Assembly: GCA_018398765.1 (NCBI GenBank)
Contig: JAHBMJ010000052.1
Coordinates: 1-58,618 of the forward strand
Reading direction: 5' to 3'
Source of the DNA: Chromera velia
Taxonomy: Eukaryota
DNA length: 58,618 nucleotides
The position numbers and the translations under genes were made by a program. The notes below the pieces were generated by a model. That model worked only from the letters and a program-made list of their open reading frames with translations, searched no databases and had not been told where the DNA came from. Shown in pieces: positions 11,415 to 22,668 of this stretch. How positions within the stretch are numbered: position 1 is the stretch's first letter; the number at the start of each line of letters is the position of its first letter.

Positions 11415-12793
11415 ACGGAAGCGTAATATATTCATACACGAGAGTAGGCGCGCACTGCGCGCCGATGTATCGTGGTGGGTTCTCTCATAGTGTCGAAAGG
11501 GGAACACAAACAAAAGTTCTTATCCTAAAATGATCGGGGGCAGGCATAGGGTGGGCCGTATAAACAGTACATGCTGTGATACTTTTTCACGTTCCTCTTT
11601 ATGCAACATAACTACACCCAGAGAGTCGGGAAACACACCAATCGTTCACTCGAACAACAATGGCCGTGTATGCAGTAAGCAGATCTGGGGGGGGGCACTT
11701 CAACTGGTTACACCATGGTTACTGACCCTACACCCCTCCCTTACAACGTATAACATGTTACCATCAGTCAAAAGTGGTGTCAATCGATTAGTTACGTTTG
11801 GTTACTCACAAAACTGGCTTTAAGATTGTTAAATAATTCAGGTTATAGTCAAAAATGATGAAAAATAATGTGTTACACTCACTTTGTCCCCAAATCCCCC
11901 GTAACCAGGTAATCCGTAACCTTTTTTGCCCCCCCTCAAAAATGAAGTAACCTCCCTCAAAAAGCATTCAAACGTGTTTTAAACATTATTTTGAATGCTT
12001 TTAGAAAGACATGCCCTCCATAGCGTACTTAGGCTACAGGCATTAATGGAAGCCTGGGGTGAATGTGTATGTAAAATGTGTAGATGACTCATGGTCGTAT
12101 GTCAGTGATGCATGCATATGAGACATGTGCGAAGGCATCTGCCCACACTGCATGCAGTGTCATAGTAAGCGATATATGATGTATGCATGGAAATATGCAT
12201 ACATGCGTATAAGTGATTTACCAATACAAAAGTAGACGATACCACTACGGTACGTCTGAACAAAAATATGGCGCAGGGGGAGTTGGTTAGCATGGGATGC
12301 TAACCTAATAAAAAATGTGATAGATATAGTACGCAGACATGTTATTGAGAAATCTTTTCTTTTTTTAAAAAAAAATAAAAGATTATAATAATAAAAAAAA
12401 AAAACAAAGTGCCCCCCTGATATATGATTTATTTCAATGACTGTAGTATACGTATATGAATTTAGTTTAATTCAAAAAATTATACTGTACAATATGTACT
12501 AAAATATTGTAGCTTATTTTTTTTAGCTAGCTAAAATATTATACAATCATGTAAAAGCTGACTTAAAATTTTATCATCCCGATTTATACGTAAATGTAGA
12601 ATTATGTGTTTAGAAAAAGATGTTTAGCCAAAATTTTATAAACTTTATTAGTTTACGAATTTAAAAAGACCATAATATTCTTTAAAAAACTAGTTTGAAA
12701 TCATATAAAAGGTGAAGCAGTGATTGCCACGTTCATGCCACTGTAATGCCACTTTGATAATAATATTAAGTGCTATCGGGAAAGGCTGTTTGA

Positions 12794-13714
12794 CATTGTT
12801 TCAAAGGAGTAATTGTGCGACGCTTTCAATTTCCATTGGTTGGGTTTGGTACTTCAACAGTGCACAAACAGCAGGGAGACATGATTATGCTAGGCATTGC
12901 AACCGACTGCACCGGTGAATCTCCGTTCTGGTGCAAGCAGATGGTGTATGTTTTTGTCATATGCACAAAGACATTTTAAGATGTATACTTGGTTGGCGGT
13001 GCTGACAGACATTCAGAATTTTGGGAAGACGTGCGGATTTCTCTGCTTGAGAACCGCATGTTGGAGAGGGCAATTGAGGAGAGACTCACTGCATTTGATG
13101 TGCTGCCTCGGCTGTTGGGTAGGCTTCTGGGGTCCGGGTTTGCATTGGGTGGGGCAGTAGAGCAGTCATCGGCAGCTGCAGCCGGGCAACAAGGGACAGG
13201 GGCAGGACGAGAACCAATCAGAGTAGTTGGATTAAATCGAATGCATGTATACCCGAACAGGACGGAATTGCCAAGTGATCAGCTCGGGTATACATATTTT
13301 CTCATGTCAGAGGTATGTCCCTCTGAGTACTACGTGGGAGAAACGGAATGCATTCACAGATAAAAGACTGAATACAACGTAGCCACAGGTCGTTTTGGGG
13401 GGACCGTAAGACAGAGGGGCACTGATCCATCCTTAAAGCCATGGACAGTCATGTTTTGGGTAAACGGGTTTCCGGGGTATGGAAAGTGTAGTTGGAACGC
13501 ACACTTGAGAAAAAAATTCCAGGATGAGTGGTTTGAGAAATATGACCGGCTGCCGCACACAGAACAGACTTTACAGGAGGCAGAGCGCATCGCTAAATCG
13601 CTTGCAAGGGAGATGGCAGTCGACGACGGGTGCATGTCGATTCGCATTCACCGTACCTGGTTTGTCCCTCATGCCTGGGAGGCAAAAGCCTGTGCAGAAG
13701 GAATTAACGTTTGA
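12794..13714 (+). pseudogene. C-terminal part of a PIF1-family (SF1B) helicase fused to an SLX1-like GIY-YIG endonuclease; relic of a probable Helitron-like or other DNA mobile element
   Basis: One frame reads FKGVIVRRFQFPLVGFGTSTVHKQQGDMIMLGIATDCTGESPFWCKQMVYVFVICTKTF*DVYLVGG...GYTYFLMSEVCPSEYYVGETECIHR*KTEYNVATGRFGGT...LKPWTVMFWVNGFP. RRxQFPL..TxHKxQG and the following YV...LVG correspond to PIF1 motifs V/VI. GYxYxL..YVGxT..RR..HN..GG..PW...GFP is the SLX1-type GIY-YIG pattern. Stops are TAA at 12977-12979 and 13361-13363, with TGA at 12791-12793 upstream. Confidence 0.8.
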
Positions 13715-13999
13715 TCAAATCTTGACTCTATTCGTCGTTTGATCAAATCCTGACCCCATTCATCTGTGAGGTTTTCTCTGCAAAGGAGAACACATAGGAA
13801 AGACAGTGTGAGCACATGTGAGACCGTTTGTATGCATGTAGATGTGTGACGTAACGCTAGAGAGCCAACAAATTATTTATATATATCTATTTGTAATTCT
13901 GCTCCATTTATATGTAGGCGGTTCTAGCTGCAGGTACTCCAACATCACATTCTTTTTTTAGTCGACGTTGTATCACCGCCTCACTCACTTTTTTCCTCA

Positions 14000-14038
<39 letters not shown>

Positions 14039-14051
14039 ACACACTCCCTCC

Positions 14052-16497
14052 CTCTATCCGCTTATATACAGGCCCAATCCGCTTATATACAGGCCCAATC
14101 GCCTCCCATCCACACACTTGCTCCCCCTGTTTCTATCCGCTTATACACTCTATCCGCTTATATGCAGGCCCAATCGCCTCCCATTCACACACTTACTCCC
14201 CCTGCTTCTATTCGCTTATACAGAGGCCCAATCGCCTTCCATTCATAAATTCGCTCTCCCTGTTCCAGTCTCTATGCGCTTATACACAGGCCCAATCGCC
14301 TTCCATTCACATACTTGCTCTCCCTGTCTCTATCCGCTTAAGCACAGGCCCAATTTCCTTCCGTTCACACACTTGCTCTCCCTGTCTCTATCCGGTTATA
14401 CACAGGCCCAATCGCCTTCCGTTCACACAGTTGCTCCCCCTGTCTGTATCCACTTATACAGAGGCCCAATCATCTTCCATTCATATACTTGCTCTCCCTT
14501 TCTCTGTCTGCTTAAGCACAGGCTCAGTCGCCTTCCATCCACACAGTTGCTCTCCCTGTCTCTATCCGCTTATACACAGGCCCAGTCGCCTTCCGTTCAT
14601 ACACTTGCTCTCCCTGTCTCTATCTCTATGCGCTTATACACAGGCCCAATCGCCTTCCATTCACATACTTGCTCTCCCTGTCTCTATCCGCTTAAGCACA
14701 GGCCCAATTTCCTTCCGTTCACACACTTGCTCTCCCTGTCTCTATCCGGTTATACACAGGCCCAATCGCCTTCCGTTCACACAGTTGCTCCCCCTGTCTG
14801 TATCCACTTATACAGAGGCCCAATCATCTTCCATTCATATACTTGCTCTCCCTTTCTCTGTCTGCTTAAGCACAGGCTCAGTCGCCTTCCATCCACACAG
14901 TTGCTCTCCCTGTCTCTATCCGCTTATACACAGGCCCAGTCGCCTTCCGTTCATACACTTGCTCTCCCTGTCTCTATCTGGTTATACACAGGCCCAATCG
15001 CCTTCCGTTCACACAGTTGCTCCCCCTGTCTGTATCCACTTATACAGAGGCCCAATCATCTTCCATTCATATACTTGCTCTCCCTTTCTCTGTCTGCTTA
15101 AGCACAGGCTCAGTCGCCTTCCATCCACACAGTTGCTCTCCCTGTCTCTATCCGCTTATACACAGGCCCAGTCGCCTTCCGTTCATACACTTGCTCTCCC
15201 TGTCTCTATCCGGTTATACACAGGCCCAATCGCCTTCCGTTCACACAGTTGCTCCCCCTGTCTGTATCCACTTATACAGAGGCCCAATCATCTTCCATTC
15301 ATATACTTGCTCTCCCTTTCTCTGTCTGCTTAAGCACAGGCTCAGTCGCCTTCCATCCACACAGTTGCTCTCCCTGTCTCTATCCGCTTATACACAGGCC
15401 CAGTCGCCTTCCGTTCATACACTTGCTCTCCCTGTCTCTATCCGGTTATACACAGGCCCAATCGCCTTCCGTTCACACAGTTGCTCCCCCTGTCTATATC
15501 CACTTATACAGAGGCCCAATCATCTTCCATTCATATACTTGCTCTCCCTTTCTCTGTCTGCTTAAGCACAGGCTCAGTCGCCTTCCATCCACACAGTTGC
15601 TCTCCCTGTCTCTATCCGCTTATACACAGGCCCAGTCGCCTTCCGTTCATACACTTACTCTCCCTGTCTCTATCCGGTTATACACAGGCCCAATCGCCTT
15701 CCGTTCACACAGTTGCTCCCCCTGTCTGTATCCACTTATACAGAGGCCCAATCATCTTCCATTCATATACTTGCTCTCCCTTTCTCTGTCTGCTTAAGCA
15801 CAGGCTCAGTCGCCTTCCATCCACACAGTTGCTCTCCCTGTCTCTATCCGCTTATACACAGGCCCAGTCGCCTTCCGTTCATACACTTGCTCTCCCTGTC
15901 TCTATCTGGTTATACACAGGCCCAATCGCCTTCCGTTCACACAGTTGCTCCCCCTATCTGTATCCACTTATACAGAGGCCCAATCATCTTCCATTCATAT
16001 ACTTGCTCTCCCTTTCTCTGTCTGCTTAAGCACAGGCTCAGTCGCCTTCCATCCACACAGTTGCTCTCCCTGTCTCTATCCGCTTATACACAGGCCCAGT
16101 CGCCTTCCGTTCATACACTTGCTCTCCCTGTCTCTATCTGGTTATACACAGGCCCAATCGCCTTCCGTTCACACAGTTGCTCCCCCTGTCTGTATCCACT
16201 TATACAGAGGCCCAATCATCTTCCATTCATATACTTGCTCTCCCTTTCTCTGTCTGCTTAAGCACAGGCTCAGTCGCCTTCCATCCACACAGTTGCTCTC
16301 CCTGTCTCTATCCGCTTATACACAGGCCCAGTCGCCTTCCGTTCACACACTTGCTCTCCCTGTCTCTATCTGTTTATACACAGGCCCAATTATCTTTCGT
16401 TCACACACTTGCTTTCCCTGTCTCTATCCGCTTATACACAGGCCCAATCGCCTTCCGTTCATACACTTGCTCTCCCTGTCTCTATCCGGTTATACAT
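14052..16497. repeat. 58-bp tandem satellite (about 42 monomers) with a 4-monomer, 232-bp higher-order repeat
   Basis: Monomer e.g. gcttatacacaggcccagtcgccttccgttcatacacttgctctccctgtctctatcc (58 nt). Four diagnostic variants recur in fixed order. ORF-track starts 15017, 15249, 15481, 15713, 15945 and 16177 are exactly 232 apart. Confidence 0.95.
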
Positions 16498-16584
16498 ATG
16501 CAGGCTGGTGACTCTTCGTTCTCTCTTTTCTCCCATATGTTTTCCTCTAATCGTGTTTCTTCTCCTTCCTCCCTCGTATTGCAG

Positions 16585-18858
16585 TTCATGATTCTCTACA
16601 AACACTGCAAAACTATTGGGGTCGATCTTTCCCGGGTGGCCGTGAAGAACCCTTCGCTGCTCAAGAGCCAGATGGAGGGGGAAATCAGAACTCTTTTTTC
16701 TCAGGTTGGTTACTTCATTTGCATTCTCTCTCATACTCGGGTGCTCTCTTCTCTTTCTCCATCCCGTTTTGCCTCATTGTCCGTGCGGATGTGTATGCTT
16801 GTCGGTGCCCTCTCTTCAATTTTTTGAAACCCACACCCGTTTCTTCTCCGTCGCGTCTCCTATTCCTGGAGGCATCTCACCTTACCGCCTTGCCCGATCT
16901 CCCTCCGCCTCTTTTCGTTTCTCCCCCCACCGGATCCTCCCGCTCTTCTTTCCTTTTCTTTTCTTTTCTTTTCTTTTTCCTTTGAGTGCAGCGACGCGAC
17001 CTCACGACACCCCCCGCACGTGAAGCAAGAGGGCAGAGCGCAGGTATCAGGAGGTCCCCTGCAAGTCGGGGAGAGGCCCACCAGGCAGAATTGAGGGAGA
17101 AGCGGGAAACTCTCACACGCGCAGGAAGGGAGAGAGCTAACGAAGAAGTGTGGCAGTTCAGGGAGGAAGGAGGAGGAGATTCGCAAGAGGCAGAAGAGAA
17201 CGAGAACGAGGGCGCCTAGATCGTCTCCATCGAATCCTTCCCTCTCCCTCTGGATGATGCTGAGAGGGAGGAGCTCTCGTTTCTCCGCAACTCTCTCCCG
17301 TCTCTTCAAGGGCAGGTCGCAGCGCAGCAGGTCCGACAGAACGATCTTCAGACCCAGCTCCTTCAGGAGAAGAAGGAAAAGGCAGAGCTGGACAAGGAAC
17401 GAACAGATGCACTGAGAAAGATCAACTCCCTGGAGAAAGTAAATGAAGCAGAAAGCAACAAGCGTAACACTCTGGAGGCACAGCTTGTAGCGGCCCGAAA
17501 GGTCAGCAGTAGCTGGTTGTAAGGGAATGTGTGTGAGTGAATTGGACTCTTGACCGCAACCCGTTTTTGTTGTCCACACCTCCCCCGCTCCCTCCCCCCC
17601 TCCCTGCGTCCGACAATCGTTTTCATTCCACCCCTGCCGGTTTGTTGCTGACTGAGTTTGTCATTCCTTCCTTCCAGTCGTTTTTCTGCTTGTTCGCCTG
17701 CTTCTGTTGCCGCTTCTTCTTGCATGATCTTTTTGCTTTCTTATTTTTTTGCCCTGTAACTTTTGCAGAGGGAGGATCAGGACAAGCAGGAGAAAAAAAA
17801 ACTGCAAGAACAACTGAATGCGAAGACCCAGGCGCTAGCAATAAAGACCAAAAGCCTCGAGGATGTGAGGTCCGTTTGGCTGCAACTGAGACAGTCAGGA
17901 GTCTTGTTCTCTTGCTTTTTCCCCTTGCGTCTTACCAAACGTTTCTCCTTCTCTCTCTGACATACATTCAGCTCGTTACCGATGCTCTCCCCTCCCTTTC
18001 CTTCCGACTTTGAGGTTTCAATGTGCGTTTCTGCTAGTTTTTGAATTTTCTCTCCCCCGTTCTTTTTTCTGTGTGTGTCCATGCAGGAAGTTGAACGCTC
18101 AGTTGAGGCAGAAGCCGCAAGCTCAGCCAAAGACCCCGGCCCCCGTGGAGAGAGACCCCCTCCGTCCTCTTCAGGGAAGGTCGAGCGTTGCCCTTTCCTT
18201 CTCAAGAACCAACTCCCAGAATATGCACTCGCAACAGGGAAAGGGACCCGTGAAGGCCCCGCCACAGAAGAAAGCACACAACGCCCTCGCGTCGGTGCCC
18301 CCCCCAAACAACACGAAGAAGCAGCAGGTCGAGAGCGCGACAGCTACAAAGAACAACACAGCAGATCCCCCCAAGGCCACAGCCACTACGGACTTCCTCA
18401 TACCCCCCACGCCTGCTGTGGTCGAGCGACAGGAGACCCAACAGACGGCAGCGTTCGGGCATGCAGAGAACGCCGCGTACATGACCCCCCAAATCTCCAA
18501 GCGAGTGCCTGAGCCTACCTCCTACATCGCGCCTCTTCCTCCGCCCTTCTTCGTGCAGCAGCAGCAGCAGCATCAGGCGCCTCTCTCAGTTGGGAGACAG
18601 ACTGCAACACCGGCTGCAACGACAGTGACTGGAGGAATGCCACGACAGTGGACGCCTGACCCCGCTTCCCAAACTGTGTAGACCACCGCCAGACCTCACC
18701 CCTCTGCAACGCCCGTACGGGTCCACCAGACGACCCCAACCTCCAACCCCCCCTATCCTCCACTGAACATGCCCGCCAGATTCCCCCCCGGGGTACAGGC
18801 ACAGCCACCCCCTGCACAGTGGATGCCGCCCCACGGCCAGCTCCTCCGCCCCCACTGA
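16585..18858 (+). pseudogene. Multi-exon coiled-coil plus Pro/Gln/Thr-rich protein gene with in-frame TAG stops
   Basis: GT-AG exons at about 16585-16703, 16992-17501, 17769-17864 and 18087-18858. ENENEGA*IVSIESFPLPLDDAEREELSFLR...LLQEKKEKAELDKER (TAG 17217-17219) and PASQTV*TTARPHPSATPVRVHQTTP...WMPPHGQLLRPH (TAG 18679-18681) both continue with protein-like sequence after the stop. Confidence 0.6.
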
Positions 18859-19050
18859 CTCATGACCCCCACACATTACTACGCTCTCCGCCCGGGCGTG
18901 CCCCCTGTGAGGCAATGAGGCTTAGTCCTAGCGCCTCAAACAGACAGGAGAGGGGAAGCATGTCGACAGGAGGGAAAGGGGACGGAGGCAAAGATCGAAA
19001 TGGAGGACCGAAAAATGTATGGGAGAGCTGGGGGGGGGTTGGAGGGCACT

Positions 19051-20499
19051 GTATCCCTACCTGCAGTCTGCCTTCATTCGTTCTTTGTGTGTTTGTTTCT
19101 CTTTTTTGGCGTGACGTGTCCATTTGTTTTGTCTGTCTGTTTACCGGCTTATCTTTATTGCTTTTTGGCTCTTTTGTCTGTCATCTGTCTTGGCTCACGT
19201 GTAGAGACTTGCGTTGCACCCACGAGCTGCATGCTGACCTAGAGAGAAAGGGCGGCCTCTTCCTTTAGTAGACCTTCAAACCACCAAATGCTTTCAGGCG
19301 AAGGGAGGGGTGCAGAAGCGAGTGGATCATGCTATCTGGAAAGGAAAGAGAACGTATAGTCTCTACATGGGTGCTTCTACCTGTCTTCTCTGTCTGTCGT
19401 TTTCGGTCTTTTTCTGACATCCGTTCTTTTCTCTGCCGGCTTCCCTTTAGAACCCTTTGTGTCCGTTATTTGTTTTGGGATTGTCTGTATTACGCTTGAG
19501 TCCTGTTGACACATCGGGACAAGAGAAAGAAAAGAGTTGAGACTTTTGTTTTGTCTATGTGATCTTCTTTCTTTTCTTTCGTGCCAAGTCTCTACGATAC
19601 GGGAGTATTTGTTATGTCATTGATTGAAGAAGACCGTACGAAAAAGAAGTAACTCCCTTAGGCAGTCTCTCTCCTCCGTCTCTCTTCATTACCTTCTTTG
19701 AAGACCCCCCCTTGGGATCTATCTCTTTGGTGTCACACGAAGAATTTCCCTTTTCTACGGTACTCCCAACATCAATTAGACTGACACAGAAACACAGGGA
19801 AGAACAAAATGCCCATTCAGTCTTGCAAATGAGCTTTTCTTATGTCGAATTGTCTGTCTCCTTCCTCTTCCTTTCTCGGGGTCCTTTTCTTCTTTGTTTG
19901 TTTGGGGTCGCACAAAAAAATGATTTTCTTTTTTATTATCCCAATGGCATGCTTGAGGTGCCGAGCGGGTGCATCCACAAAGTGGGATGAATTCGATAGA
20001 GAATGGAAAGACGAGGTAAAGAAAGAAAGTGGTAGGTTGAGGCTTCTTCGGTATCCCTACCTGCAGTCTGCCTTCATTCGTTCTTTGTGTGTTTGTTTCT
20101 CTTTTTTGGCGTGACGTGTCCATTTGTTTTGTCTGTCTGTTTACCGGCTTATCTCTATTGCTTTTTGGCTCTTTTGTCTGTCATCTGTCTTGGCTCACGT
20201 GTAGAGACTTGCGTGCACCCACGAGCTGCATGCTGACCTGGAGAGAAAGGGCGGCCTCTTCCTTTAGTAGACCTTTAAATCACCAAATGCTTTCAGGCGA
20301 AGGGAGGGGTGCAGAAGCGAGTGGATCATGCTATCTGGAAAGGAAAGAGAACGTGTAGTCTCTACATGGGTGCTTCTACCTGTCTTCTCTGTCTGTCGTT
20401 TTTGGTCTTTTTCTGACATCCGTTCTTTTCTCTGCCGGCTTCTTTTTGGAACCCTTTGTGTCCGTTAGTTGTTTTGGGATTGTCTGTATTGCGCTTGAG
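19051..20499. repeat. 450-bp direct duplication (19051-19500 and 20051-20499) flanking a ~550-bp unique spacer
   Basis: Both copies run gtatccctacctgcag...cgcttgag. My manual count is 11 substitutions (10 transitions, 1 transversion) and one 1-bp indel. Confidence 0.95.
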
Positions 20500-22044
20500 G
20501 GCATCGCTCTACTTCTGAATGCATCTGCCGGGGCCTTTGCTCTCAGACAGAGGCTCTCTCTCCACACTCCCCTAGATCCCCGGTTGTTCCTTCTCTGTCT
20601 GTCTGTACGGTGGTGTCCTGCCCTCCTCCCGTCTTCCCCCCCGGCCCTCCAGGGTAGGGTCATCTTCTCTTCCCCTTCCTTCGGGAATCCTCTCTCGGTT
20701 GTATACGTGCTCGGCCAGGTCTGCATGCTCCCCCTGATCGAGTGATGATCGAGTGTCTGTGTCGATGATTATCCGCCCTCATGCAGGCTGTCCGTAACCC
20801 CCCTCCCGTTGATGATTCTCCTGTCGCCACCCTGCTCGATCGATCAATGACCCTCCCGACGACGTTAAGATCGATGGTTTCAATCGATCGAGCCTTCGAC
20901 TCATCCTTCAATTGAACTAGCTGCAGGAGAAGAGAGCCAGAGTATTTGAAGAGAGTCTGCATGAGGGCTAGCTTCGAAAAGAGAGTCGGGGGGGTTACTA
21001 GGGGGGTACCTTTGACAATCAATCGATCGATCGACACAGAAAGGGGCTGCACTGCATGCATACATGCATATGGACCTAATTTCAAGTGCAAATCCGGTAC
21101 CAAAAAAATGTGTATCGTTTATTTTATAAAAAATAATCATTCAATTTCATTGTTATCATCTAAATCGTATTACGCCATCGCCATCGGCTTATGAAAATAA
21201 AAAAGTGAGCACCTAACGTTCGGCGGCAAATGGGTAACAGCGCCGCCTAGAACGCCGCAATACTAGTTGGAATAAGACTGAAAAAATTTAGAAAAAAATG
21301 GCATCCAGAAAGTGCCGGTGCTGGTTAATTCAAAAAAGAAGTTTGCATCTTGAATTAGGAATGGATTATATAGGCTATTGTTATGCAGCACGGCCAATAA
21401 GATTTTAGCTTAAATTTTTTATATTTTTTTTCGTATGGGCTATTAGCGTATGGGGAGCCTAGATCGGCATCGACTTATAAAAACAAATAAATATAGAAAT
21501 AAATGGACACTGGAACTTTAAGTTGTGTAAGCTAAGATATAACACGTATTCTAAGACTGGTTATAATTTTTCTAATCTCTCGTCCCCAGCTTTGCTACCA
21601 ATTTGAATTATGAAACACTTAAATTGTGACTCAATGCACAGTTAGAGAAAAAATGGGGTCACACTCATGCAGAGTCACGCTGATTGATGAGAATCATCAG
21701 ATCCTTCGCCTCTCCACTGGTTTTGGTCTTTTTAAAGGAACCCCAAGGTACCTCTCCAAAATTTTTCGTTCTTGATCCAGAAGCCTGAGCTCTCCCCCCT
21801 CCACCATGTTGATGTACTTCCCCCGCCCCCCAAACTGTGCCCGGTGGATAACCGCAGACATTGTAGTTGGGTAGAACCGCCGAGACATCCGTGCAAATTC
21901 CAGCGCCTTGCCGGGCGACTCCATCTTCCACGCCTTGAAGCCCTTATTCGTCCTCACCTGCATCAAGAGCCAGGAGATTCTGTTTCGCTGCACGTCTTCT
22001 TCACAGAGAAATCTCTGACGTGAGTTTAACGCAGACAGGCGTCC

Positions 22045-22122
22045 GCTCTCTCTCTCTCTCCCTCTCTCTCTCTCTCTATCTATCTCTCTATCTCTCTTTC
22101 TCTCTCTCTCTCCCCCTCCCGC

Positions 22123-22155
<33 letters not shown>

Positions 22156-22587
22156 TCTCTCTCACACACACACACACACGAGACAGATAAACTGAGATGC
22201 AGGGACCATGAGACTCCTTCCTCTTCTTCTTTTCTTTCTTTGCCGTTCCCACCACATGGTGAAAAAGATGGACAGATGCAAAGACGCATAGAGAGTTTCA
22301 CTTGAAGGCGTACACGCACTCACTTCGTCGTCTTCATTTCATGCCTTCACGGTCTTTCATTTCCATGATCTCTCTGCTTGTGATTGATAAACAAACACCA
22401 GCTAGCAGACAGAATGGCGAGTAGGAAGCGAGGCACGCACTCACACTCACAGAGAGAGGCGGGCAGCAAAAGGCACAGACACACACACACACACACACAC
22501 ACAGAGGGGGGGGGGGGAGAGGGAGGGAGGGAGGGAGGGAGGGAGGCAGAGACAGAGAGGAGAGAGAGAGAGAGAGAGAGAGACAGA

Positions 22588-22668
<81 letters not shown>

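Noticed and set aside
13850..13930. Helitron 3' terminus at CTAG (13857 or 13924)
   Set aside because: There is no convincing GC-rich hairpin 10-20 nt upstream and the following base is not T.
14052..16497. CRISPR array or repeat-protein gene (overlapping 182-377 aa ORFs)
   Set aside because: Units are contiguous with no unique spacers and there are no cas genes. The 58-bp unit is not a multiple of 3 and the ORFs recur in all frames, so they are by-products of the satellite.
1123..18681. Stop-codon reassignment (TAA/TAG=Gln, TGA=Trp) as the explanation for in-frame stops
   Set aside because: All three stop types occur, alongside missense loss of conserved residues. The recognisable exons of the right-hand genes (e.g. 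the 3.3-kb Gln-rich exon at 50646-53942) have no internal stops. Mutation fits better than an alternative code.
19051..20499. LTR retrotransposon or TRIM
   Set aside because: The repeats lack TG...CA ends, and I found no PBS, PPT or target-site duplication.
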